The translations under genes and the position numbers were made by a program. Of a stretch of 64,000 nucleotides of DNA, positions 48,636 to 57,036 are shown in pieces. The stretch comes from Bacteroidota bacterium (GTDB lineage Bacteria; Bacteroidota; Bacteroidia; UBA8524), in assembly GCA_016124735.1 (NCBI GenBank), contig WGMZ01000030.1:8454-72453 (forward strand), read 5' to 3'. The notes beneath the pieces are model-generated. The model was not told the DNA's origin. It saw nothing but the letters and a program-made list of their open reading frames with translations, and searched no databases. Each line of letters begins with the position of its first letter. Position 1 is the stretch's first letter.

Positions 48636-50132
48636 TTAAAAATCCATTCCCTCTCCATCTTCAAGCAGATAGACCGCAACATTGCCCTCTATTTCTATAC
48701 GATGCAAATGAAAGTGATACTTCAGTTGTTCCGTTAAATGCTGATTCGCCACCAGCACCTTATCTCCTGTTTTCAATTCCTGAACCTCCCTGTTTTCCAA
48801 CGTCCCCCCTGCTTGTTGGATTCGTCGGATATAAATGGTGTGATACCAATGATAGTCCTTTGGATTGTATGCCAGAAATAAACCATCCAAGCCATGTGGG
48901 TCATGCTTTGCATACCTCTCAAGAAAAGCCGACAATTCATAAAACGATCCTTTTTCAATCTCCGAACCGTCCGTAATTTCCGCCGCACGAATTGCATAAG
49001 CAGGAATTACAGTCGACAGTAGAATGATGGAAACAAATACATATTCCTTTGCAGGTCCATCTATAGAAATGTTTCTAAAGCGGGAATCGTAAAACATGGC
49101 CTCTATCCCCAGCAGAAATAGCATGGCTACAAACGGAAATTCAGGAACATCATACCATCCGTATTTCGTAGCACTGCTGCTAATCACCACTTGATGTCCG
49201 ACATAAAACAATAGGCAAAAAATTGCCAAATCACGTTTTGCTTTGATTCTGCTGGATAAGGCAAATACCGAAGCCGGGATTAAAAGCCATAAATAGGTCC
49301 CTATGTCCCGGGTCAAATGTTGGTTGATGTAATAATAAAATGGGTTCTCATCACTCAGTTGGCTTGAGAAGCGCCCACCCAATTCATAAGTTAATACGGC
49401 ATTCCAATAGCCCGGCGTGCTATATTCACGGTACAAATAATAAACTGGAATGAGCAGTAGTATACTGGCAAACAGCCAAAACTTTTTCGTCTTGATTAAT
49501 GAAACCAATTTACCCTGCACCAGCAGATAAATCAGCAAAGCAGGCATGGATAGAAAGGCCGCGATACTCTTCGTAAACCAGGCAAGCAGAAGAAATATAA
49601 AAAAATAAGCCAGATAGCGGTCCTTACCTCTTTCTGTCCATTCAAACAAGCTATAACAAAAACCCAATGTGAAAAAACAGAGCATTGAATCCATGTCTCC
49701 AGTGCGAATTGCGTGGAAATCCACATAACCTTTGAAAGAAAGCAAGAGAGCCACCGCGCTAAATGCAAAGCCCGGCTGCACCATATATTTCCTCATCCAA
49801 TGGAAAAGTAATATCACCGTTCCTAAGGCCGCCAAAGCTGAAGGCAGACGAATGGCCAACTCATTCCAACCAAATAAATGAATACAGAAGGCCTGACAAA
49901 TCACTGTTAGCGGGGTTTTCACATTCCACATATCCGGAGCTCCCTCAAAATACAATGCGAGATAATGACCCTGTTCTGCCATTTCGTAAGCATTGAATGC
50001 CTGCCGGGTTTCATCCCAGATTCGAAAGGGCAGACGATCCAGATTATGAAAAATGGGGATATAAGCCAGAAGGAGCACCAGAAGGTATTCTGCATTTCTT
50101 TGCTTAAACAGCCGGGAGTATAACTTGACCAT
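48636..50132 (-). CDS. Glycosyltransferase family 39 (ArnT/PMT-like) membrane protein
   Basis: It is a polytopic membrane protein of 498 aa. The first-loop acidic motif (FRIWDETRQAFNAYEM) and the LAIRLPSALA segment are typical of GT39/PMT_2 enzymes. Confidence 0.75.
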   Translation of the reverse strand: MVKLYSRLFKQRNAEYLLVLLLAYIPIFHNLDRLPFRIWDETRQAFNAYEMAEQGHYLALYFEGAPDMWNVKTPLTVICQAFCIHLFGWNELAIRLPSALAALGTVILLFHWMRKYMVQPGFAFSAVALLLSFKGYVDFHAIRTGDMDSMLCFFTLGFCYSLFEWTERGKDRYLAYFFIFLLLAWFTKSIAAFLSMPALLIYLLVQGKLVSLIKTKKFWLFASILLLIPVYYLYREYSTPGYWNAVLTYELGGRFSSQLSDENPFYYYINQHLTRDIGTYLWLLIPASVFALSSRIKAKRDLAIFCLLFYVGHQVVISSSATKYGWYDVPEFPFVAMLFLLGIEAMFYDSRFRNISIDGPAKEYVFVSIILLSTVIPAYAIRAAEITDGSEIEKGSFYELSAFLERYAKHDPHGLDGLFLAYNPKDYHWYHTIYIRRIQQAGGTLENREVQELKTGDKVLVANQHLTEQLKYHFHLHRIEIEGNVAVYLLEDGEGMDF

Positions 50133-50255
50133 TAATCAGCAAGAACACCAGAGAAAAATTAAAAATCAAGAAGAATCAATTGATTTCATCCGATTATTTG
50201 GCATCATCTCCCTTAGAGTCCGGAGATACCCGAAAAAAACAGCTATTTGGCTGAA

Positions 50256-51047
50256 CTACTTTGTCGCTTCAACTATCAGTATGACGACGGCCATCACTAA
50301 CACAAACCAGCCAAAGCCTCTTTTTAGTTTCTGCGCTTCCACAAAGCGTGTGGCATAAATACCAAGAAACATCCCCAGGATAGAGAATAAAGTAAAAATC
50401 AGCAAAAAAAGCCAATCGATATGTTGACCGGAGCCAATGTCGCCCAGAAAGCCGACCAAACTATTGATGGCAATAATCATCAAAGATGTTCCAATAGCAC
50501 GCTTGATTGGTAATCTTATTAACAATGCCAATGCAGGAACAATCAGAAATCCACCTCCAGCACCCACCAATCCGGCTATTAAACCAACTGCCATTCCCGT
50601 TAAAATAATTAAAGGGAGATTGAATTTCTTTTCCTTTTCCTCATCTATCAGCGGCCGTCCTTTGATCATTGAAAAGGATGCGACCAGCATAACAATTCCA
50701 AAAAACAGAAGTAATGCGGTGTCCTTGCTTAGACTGAAATTGGCTGCCTGAATCAATTCATTTGGGATAGCAGAAACCACAAATCTTCGGGTAATATATA
50801 CCGTGAGCAAAGATGGGGCAGCAAACAGAATTCCATCTTTCCAGTTAACCAATCCCTCCTGATTTTTCTTCCAGGCACCTATCACAGCAGTGCTTCCAAC
50901 CACAAAAAGTGAATATGCTGCACTGATAACGGGTGATAATGCAAATACGTAGACAAGGATTGGAACCGTAAGTATGGAACCTCCCCCACCAAATAGCCCC
51001 AAGGTGAATCCCATTATTATCGCGAGGAAGTATCCAAGAATTTCCAT
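50256..51047 (-). CDS. TauE/SafE-family anion (sulfite/sulfonate) exporter
   Basis: The protein is 263 aa with 7-8 TM helices. Internal duplication shows as GGGGSILTVPIL and GAGGGFLIVPAL motifs. Confidence 0.85.
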   Translation of the reverse strand: MEILGYFLAIIMGFTLGLFGGGGSILTVPILVYVFALSPVISAAYSLFVVGSTAVIGAWKKNQEGLVNWKDGILFAAPSLLTVYITRRFVVSAIPNELIQAANFSLSKDTALLLFFGIVMLVASFSMIKGRPLIDEEKEKKFNLPLIILTGMAVGLIAGLVGAGGGFLIVPALALLIRLPIKRAIGTSLMIIAINSLVGFLGDIGSGQHIDWLFLLIFTLFSILGMFLGIYATRFVEAQKLKRGFGWFVLVMAVVILIVEATK

Positions 51048-51204
51048 GTTGTCTGTAAAAATAGCACCCTCAATTGATCCAATCTGTAACTCCGGTCACT
51101 TTATCTTAATTTCCTTTATGTGATAAAAGTCACTTTTCAATACAAAATCAACAATTACATTTGAATACTGAAAGAATAAAGTTTTAGCTGAGCAGATCAT
51201 AGGT

Positions 51205-51234
51205 AAATAAAAAGGAGCATGAAATTCATGCTCC
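51205..51234 (-). terminator. Intrinsic terminator ending the five-gene minus-strand operon
   Basis: On the minus strand, GGAGCATG-AATTT-CATGCTCC is followed by TTTTTATTT. It starts 27 nt after the stop of the 62-aa ORF. Confidence 0.55.
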
Positions 51235-51260
51235 TCTTACCTTTTTGAGCGATTAAAAAA

Positions 51261-51449
51261 TCAATCTGATTCATTCTGATTTTCCTTTTGCTCCAGTCTT
51301 TCCAGGCGCTCAATAATGTCATTAAGCTTGTGTAAAATGAATATATGTGTCTTGCGAGCATCAATTCCTACCGGACTGTCGGCGCTTTCAATCTCTTTTC
51401 CAATGCGTTCGTATTCTTCGGGGCTAATGCTGTTTTTCATCTTATCCAT
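51261..51449 (-). CDS. Small hypothetical protein (62 aa, helical and charged)
   Basis: It has an ATG start, sits between the Cache lipoprotein gene and a good terminator, and has coding-like composition. No motif is recognised. Confidence 0.35.
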   Translation of the reverse strand: MDKMKNSISPEEYERIGKEIESADSPVGIDARKTHIFILHKLNDIIERLERLEQKENQNESD

Positions 51450-51505
51450 GATTCAAATATGTTTTAAAAAAATTGGCCATTCCGTGACCCATGTTACATT
51501 CCTCT

Positions 51506-52033
51506 TTAAGGTTTTTTTACCCGAACATCGGTGGTGGCCACAGCAATGATTTTTCCACCCACACGAACAGGAACGGATCGGGTTTGCATCCAAATTTCAC
51601 CCCCTCCGGCATCATAATAAGGATCTGTCCAGATAGATTGATTTTGATCGATTGGGCTCCTTAGCCAGGATTGTTCATCAATCTTGTAACTGGCGTCCAT
51701 CAAACAATTAGTCGATACTCTGTCTTTCCTGGTCTTCCGATAAACGTAGGGACTATATATGGCTTTGCCATTGCTGTCCAACACAGTAACCGTTGAACCA
51801 TAATATTTAACCGAATGATTTCCAATATACGCATCGATTTTTTGTGTCAAAGCTGATTCATCTGCAGGAAAATCCGATGCCAGACTGGAAACAAATGCAT
51901 CCAGTTCCTTTTCTATTTCTACTTTATCGCCAGCCTTTGCCACAGGCACTTTTTTGCATGACGCTACAATAAAAAGTGAAAGCACTAAACCTGCTAAGAG
52001 GCGGGTTCTTCTTTTTAATATCCTTGGTTTCAT
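51506..52033 (-). CDS. Lipoprotein with single Cache-like (PDC fold) sensor domain, tentative
   Basis: It has a lipobox (LSLFIVASC). The pattern YYGSTVTVLDSNGK...W....PYYDAGGGEIWMQTRSVPV..GGKIIAVATTDV resembles extracytoplasmic Cache domains. Confidence 0.5.
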   Translation of the reverse strand: MKPRILKRRTRLLAGLVLSLFIVASCKKVPVAKAGDKVEIEKELDAFVSSLASDFPADESALTQKIDAYIGNHSVKYYGSTVTVLDSNGKAIYSPYVYRKTRKDRVSTNCLMDASYKIDEQSWLRSPIDQNQSIWTDPYYDAGGGEIWMQTRSVPVRVGGKIIAVATTDVRVKKP

Positions 52034-52040
52034 AGGGTTA

Positions 52041-52574
52041 CTATTTAGTGTGTTTTAGTCTCTTTCTTAGATGATCCATTTTCTCTCCTGTTTCAATTCC
52101 ATTTACTGGCAGCAAACCCTTGTCTAACAGGCCAACCTGTACCAATACGCTTGCCTGATCCCAATAGATATGTTCGTGGGTTACCTTACCCTGGTCAAAC
52201 CCAACAATTACAACCAAAGGAATTTCCACACGTTTGCCAGTTGGAGCAATATTCGGCAGCATCCATCCAACTTCCGAAGTATGGGTAAACTTAAAGATGA
52301 TTTCATCCACCAGTTGGTCTTCATCAATGGTCTGCGAAACAGAAACCATTTCTAAATCGGCCGGAAAAAATTTGCCAGTCGGAATCAATCCCGAATAAAA
52401 TCTGCGAACTCCTTCCGCCCCTTCGCCTCCAATCAATGTTGGAATATTGTTCAAATGGGGATCATCGGTCATGGTAGCCAGCGTGGTATCCAAATCTCCT
52501 GCAATTTCTGCTTCGATATGTGCCGAGAATTGCCGCATGATTGCCTCTTGTCCGGGGCTTAGTTTCTTTGTCAT
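52041..52574 (-). CDS. SnoaL/NTF2-like fold protein (ester-cyclase-like), tentative
   Basis: The 177-aa protein has a layout (DDPHLNN.P...G.EGVRRFY........TH.G...G..PTGK.V..P.V.IV.F..GK...E.IYWD) resembling SnoaL-like polyketide or ester cyclases. Confidence 0.45.
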   Translation of the reverse strand: MTKKLSPGQEAIMRQFSAHIEAEIAGDLDTTLATMTDDPHLNNIPTLIGGEGAEGVRRFYSGLIPTGKFFPADLEMVSVSQTIDEDQLVDEIIFKFTHTSEVGWMLPNIAPTGKRVEIPLVVIVGFDQGKVTHEHIYWDQASVLVQVGLLDKGLLPVNGIETGEKMDHLRKRLKHTK

Positions 52575-52638
52575 CTTTCTGCTTTAGAACCTAAACATAC
52601 GGAAAAGAAAGCGCTCCATGCCCTACTGTTGTGATTTT

Positions 52639-53952
52639 CTAATCTACCAGATGATGCAGGGCACTTTTAAACTTTTGAATATCATCCAGCGAATTGCTCA
52701 AATGAGGAGTGACTCGAACCGCCTGAATTTTCGGATGATTGATCGCTACGGTGAAAATATGATGGTCCATCCATAGCTTTTCAGCCAGTTCATTTGGGCT
52801 CATTCCTTTCACGGATAAACTGGCAATGGCACCGCTACCTTGTTCATATTCCGGAACGAAAAGTTCAATTTTTGGATAATTTTGAAATGTGTCCGTCCAG
52901 TTTTTTTGCAAATAACGAAGCCGCGCTTCTTTATTCTTCAGTCCAATCTCCTTGTTTAATCCAATTGCCGGGACCAATGCCTCAATGGTCTGCACCGGAC
53001 GGGTTCCCTGATGCTCAAAACGACGAATATTGGTTTGCGGACGATTTCGATCTCCCATAAGTGGCCAGACTTGTGGAATCCACTTCGAATTCATGTACAG
53101 GAAACCCAGGCCCAAAGGGTTACACATCCATTTATGGAGGCTTCCGGCTACCACATCGGCATCCAGTTGCTTCCAATTCTCATCTATATGGGCAACAGAA
53201 TGCGCCGCGTCTACCGCAATACACAAGTCTTTATTGGATGCCCGGGCAGCCTTACAAATTTTATCCAACGGAATAACCTGACCGGTAAGATTGATCAAAT
53301 GCGTTAGATGAAGCATGCGGGTATTGGAAGTTATATGTTTTACATAGGCTTCCACGACTTCATCTTCCTTTTTTGGATGAACGGGAACATCCGCAATAAT
53401 CAGTTTAATACCATAGCGTTGAGCAGCCTGCTCAAAAGCCTCATTCATGGAGCCGTAGTCCTGGTCTCCAATAACCACCTCATCCCCTTTTTTCCAGGGA
53501 AATCCCTGAATTAAAATATTTAGGCTTTCTGTGGTATTGCGGGTAAAAGCTAAATTTTCCCCGGACCATCCGAAAAATTCACCGAGCGCATTCCTGCTCT
53601 TCTCAATGCTCTCTTCCTGCTCCTTGCGCATAAACCAGGAGCTCCGGTTTTGAATGTAATTCTCGCGTTCCTGATAGAACTTCATCACAGGATAAGAAGC
53701 GTGCGAAAAATAGCCGTTTTCCAATTGGGTAAAGGAAGTGACCCGCGGAAACAAATCCTGAATTTTCCTCCAGGCTGCTTCATTGGAAGGGTCTCTCAAA
53801 TCATCAGAAAAATAGGCTTGAGATTGAAGTTCCTTCAATCCATCCCTGATCCCTTTGCTCACCTCAAATTCCAATATTTCCGGACTCAAAGGGTGACAAA
53901 ATATTCCGAAAGCGGCCAGGCTGCTGCTTTGCATAAAATTACGCCGGTTCAT
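52639..53952 (-). CDS. Class V aminotransferase-fold PLP enzyme with twin-arginine (TAT) signal
   Basis: ATG at 53952 gives MNRRNFMQSSSLAAFG, with an RR in TAT context. The PLP-lysine motif is AGSLHKW. The overall length and pattern match isopenicillin-N-epimerase/cysteine-desulfurase-like enzymes. Confidence 0.8.
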   Translation of the reverse strand: MNRRNFMQSSSLAAFGIFCHPLSPEILEFEVSKGIRDGLKELQSQAYFSDDLRDPSNEAAWRKIQDLFPRVTSFTQLENGYFSHASYPVMKFYQERENYIQNRSSWFMRKEQEESIEKSRNALGEFFGWSGENLAFTRNTTESLNILIQGFPWKKGDEVVIGDQDYGSMNEAFEQAAQRYGIKLIIADVPVHPKKEDEVVEAYVKHITSNTRMLHLTHLINLTGQVIPLDKICKAARASNKDLCIAVDAAHSVAHIDENWKQLDADVVAGSLHKWMCNPLGLGFLYMNSKWIPQVWPLMGDRNRPQTNIRRFEHQGTRPVQTIEALVPAIGLNKEIGLKNKEARLRYLQKNWTDTFQNYPKIELFVPEYEQGSGAIASLSVKGMSPNELAEKLWMDHHIFTVAINHPKIQAVRVTPHLSNSLDDIQKFKSALHHLVD

Positions 53953-54003
53953 AATCAAACTTAAGTATAAGCTCTCACACAATGCAATAGCCTATTCAAT
54001 GAT

Positions 54004-56931
54004 CTAATAAGCCATGTTCATATCGGTTCTATTCCAGAAACGGGTCATTGGAATATTAAAGCTGAAACGAATACTGTTCAGCCATTGGTTCCCGTTTTCA
54101 GGCACATAATTCGTATAACCGTTGCTTACAATCGGCAGATAAATCCGAAGTATTTTCAGGTTCACCCCGATTCCACTTTCGTAATAGCCAATTCCATCCA
54201 GGAGGGCACCTTTCAAATAAGGTTGAAAATACCAACGAATGTCCCAACGAACACTAGCACTTAAAAGAGAATAGGCACTGCGGTTGAAGCTTGTCAGGTT
54301 ACCTTGATCAGTCAAGGCCTGATTGCGGCCAAACCATCCCGCTTGTCCATTCCCAACACGATCTATCAAATAGTAATCTTTGAACACATCCGGGCTGGAA
54401 GCTGAAAACAATGAAAAATAATTATTCCCATTACCTAATACTGCACCTAAATATACACGACTAACCAATTTGGTTTTTCGTCCGATGCGATCCACCCTGT
54501 TCCCAGTTTCCTCGAGGCGTAATTGATTCCTTCCGTTCGGTCCATTTATATAGGCAATCGAAAGATGAAATTTAGCAAAATTCAATGCATTTCTCGATTC
54601 ACTAGTCATCTGAAAGCGGCTCACCTGATAAGAACCGGTGAAACCACCCAACCCGTTTCGATGATCAATCAATGCATGGCTCAGCGTGTACTCGCTACGA
54701 ACCAGTATACGCCTCTTTGTGAACAGATTCATGCGTTTTTCTGACTCGAAAAAGCTAATACTTGGCTCCACCTTATCGTAGTCTGCGAACCTCTTATATT
54801 GAAGATTGAACCGGATTTTATTCAATGACCTGTCATGAACGAAAATATCGTACTTGAGGAAGAAATTGCCCGCCATTGTCTTGGAATTGAATCCATACAT
54901 CGGGGCAAAAAAGAAGTTGAATTTCTTGCCCTGCACCGTGTAATTATGAATCATCAAGCCTGCCATCATCCCATCGGCTGTATTCACACCAATGGATGGG
55001 AATACGCTTATTGCTCTGCGATCGTTTTTCTGGAAGCTGGTCAACAATTTAACCTTCAGAGGTTCGCCCTTCTTAAAAATGCCATGGCTTTTGATATGGT
55101 TATTGGCCAGATTCAAATCGGTGGTCACGTAATCCTTATCCAGGTAAGCATCGGTCATTGTCGGATAGGGCAATTCCACCCAGGTACTTCCATGGTGCCC
55201 GTCAAACCAAATGGTTTTCATTTCAGATGAATCCTTCATTAGGGTGATAGAATAAGGCATGTCCACCTGTCCTTTATTCACCACCCGAATTTTATATCCG
55301 TTATTGGTCTTCTCAATCCCTTTAATTGCATAATCTCCCTGTCTTTCGGAGTCAATTAAATCTTTAAAGAACCAATCCAGTTTTTTACCGGAAACCCGCT
55401 CAAACACATCCTCGATATCCGATGGTTGAGGATGCTTGAATTTCCACTCATCGAAATAGGCATGCATGCAGGCATCAAAAGCAGAAGTGCCCAGATATGA
55501 CCTGAGGTATTCGAGAAGAAAAGCCATTCGTTTATAGGACATGATGCCATATTGAAGACTTTGAAACTCGACTGAAGGCGTATTGATTGCATCCTGAAGT
55601 CCGTAGCTGGCCAGGAAATTCGCCGTGAGATACGAAAGCCAATGTCGGTCTAATTTATTCAACTCTTTATTATTCAGGCCAAATTCAGAGCCGAAACTTC
55701 TGTTTGGATAATACTCATTCATGTACCTTTCTTCTTCAAAAGAATTAAACCCTTCATCCATCCAGGCGTGAAGCCTTTCATTGCTTCCCAAAATACCATA
55801 GAACCAGTTATGACCTACCTCATGAGTAATCACGTCGTCAAGCATAACAGAATCACTTCCGGCAGAGATCACCGTAACCATCGGATATTCCATTCCACCC
55901 CCTGCAGACAGTGCTCCTTGAACCGCTGTGGCTGCGGAATACGGGTATTTCCCCACCCACTTCGAATAACTTTCAATGGCCCTTTTTACATAATAAGCGC
56001 CATTGTACCAGGGCGTATGATTGAATTTTTCAAAAAAGGCCCAGGCGGCTACCTGGGTTCCATCTTCGAGCACCGCAGTGTCTTTTCGAACCAGATACTT
56101 TTGATCACAGAAGAATGCAAAATCGTGTACTTTATCTTGTTTGTAGCTAATGGTTTTCATTTTCCCTACCCGATTCATGTCCTCTTCCATCACTGTGTCT
56201 TTCTTCCAATAATTCGGACTTACTGCTAATTTCTCTAGCCAGTCCATTTCAGATTGTTCCTGCAATACGCCTGTTGCCGCAACTCTATACGTTGCAGGCA
56301 GGGTGATTTTTACATCAAAACTTCCATATTCTGAATAAAACTCACCTTGATCCAAATAAGGCATGGGGTGCCATCCATCTCGATCATATACTGCTGGTTT
56401 AGGATACCATTGAGAGATTTGATATGATTTTCCAACATGGCCCAGGCGACTAAAATCTCCGGGTATTTTAACTACAAACGGGGTGCTAATATGCACCGAC
56501 TCACCCGGTGCCAGCGGCTTTCTTAGATTAATCTGGCAGATGTCAATGTTTTTCTCGAATAGATGCCACTCCAGTTTACCAATGTCGTCTTGAAAATCCA
56601 GGCTGTCTATCCAACCCCTCTTATCTTCACTGGCATAATGGAACTTGGTTGAATTGTTTCGAATCATCTGCCTTGCCATGGCCGTATGATTGTTCTTATA
56701 CGCATTTGGCCAAAGATGAAAATACAGGAAATGTAAGGTATCTGGCGATTGGTTATAATAGATCAATGATTCATTGGCGAACAACATATGATTCGAATCA
56801 TCCAGCCGAACGTCAATTGAATAATCCACCTTCTGCTGAAAATAAGGGGTTTGTGCCTTAGCATCGGCAAGACACAATAGCACAGCAAGCGACAATATCG
56901 TTCTCCGAATGAAATTTTTAACCTCTACCAT
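54004..56931 (-). CDS. M1-family zinc metallopeptidase with ~360-aa C-terminal beta-rich extension
   Basis: It has a signal peptide, a GGMEYP exopeptidase-type motif, and HEVGHNWFY-x-WMDEG (HExxH-x18-E). The start is ATG at 56931 or 56946. Confidence 0.85.
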   Translation of the reverse strand: MVEVKNFIRRTILSLAVLLCLADAKAQTPYFQQKVDYSIDVRLDDSNHMLFANESLIYYNQSPDTLHFLYFHLWPNAYKNNHTAMARQMIRNNSTKFHYASEDKRGWIDSLDFQDDIGKLEWHLFEKNIDICQINLRKPLAPGESVHISTPFVVKIPGDFSRLGHVGKSYQISQWYPKPAVYDRDGWHPMPYLDQGEFYSEYGSFDVKITLPATYRVAATGVLQEQSEMDWLEKLAVSPNYWKKDTVMEEDMNRVGKMKTISYKQDKVHDFAFFCDQKYLVRKDTAVLEDGTQVAAWAFFEKFNHTPWYNGAYYVKRAIESYSKWVGKYPYSAATAVQGALSAGGGMEYPMVTVISAGSDSVMLDDVITHEVGHNWFYGILGSNERLHAWMDEGFNSFEEERYMNEYYPNRSFGSEFGLNNKELNKLDRHWLSYLTANFLASYGLQDAINTPSVEFQSLQYGIMSYKRMAFLLEYLRSYLGTSAFDACMHAYFDEWKFKHPQPSDIEDVFERVSGKKLDWFFKDLIDSERQGDYAIKGIEKTNNGYKIRVVNKGQVDMPYSITLMKDSSEMKTIWFDGHHGSTWVELPYPTMTDAYLDKDYVTTDLNLANNHIKSHGIFKKGEPLKVKLLTSFQKNDRRAISVFPSIGVNTADGMMAGLMIHNYTVQGKKFNFFFAPMYGFNSKTMAGNFFLKYDIFVHDRSLNKIRFNLQYKRFADYDKVEPSISFFESEKRMNLFTKRRILVRSEYTLSHALIDHRNGLGGFTGSYQVSRFQMTSESRNALNFAKFHLSIAYINGPNGRNQLRLEETGNRVDRIGRKTKLVSRVYLGAVLGNGNNYFSLFSASSPDVFKDYYLIDRVGNGQAGWFGRNQALTDQGNLTSFNRSAYSLLSASVRWDIRWYFQPYLKGALLDGIGYYESGIGVNLKILRIYLPIVSNGYTNYVPENGNQWLNSIRFSFNIPMTRFWNRTDMNMAY

Positions 56932-57036
56932 AAAGTGAAAATACATTTATAATTGGTCAACTGCATAAAATTACTCGCGGAAATGAAGGAATTTATCTAT
57001 CAATGGCATTTCGTAAATTGCGGCAACCAAACGAAT

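Noticed and set aside
51048-51260. A 213-bp gap lies upstream of the TauE/SafE gene. I checked it for a riboswitch-like element and noted the direct GTCACTTT repeats at about 51107 and 51130.
   Set aside because: I could not find a convincing conserved-looking multi-stem structure by eye. Apart from the terminator at its distal end, the gap is AT-rich promoter-like sequence, and the two 8-mers alone are weak evidence.
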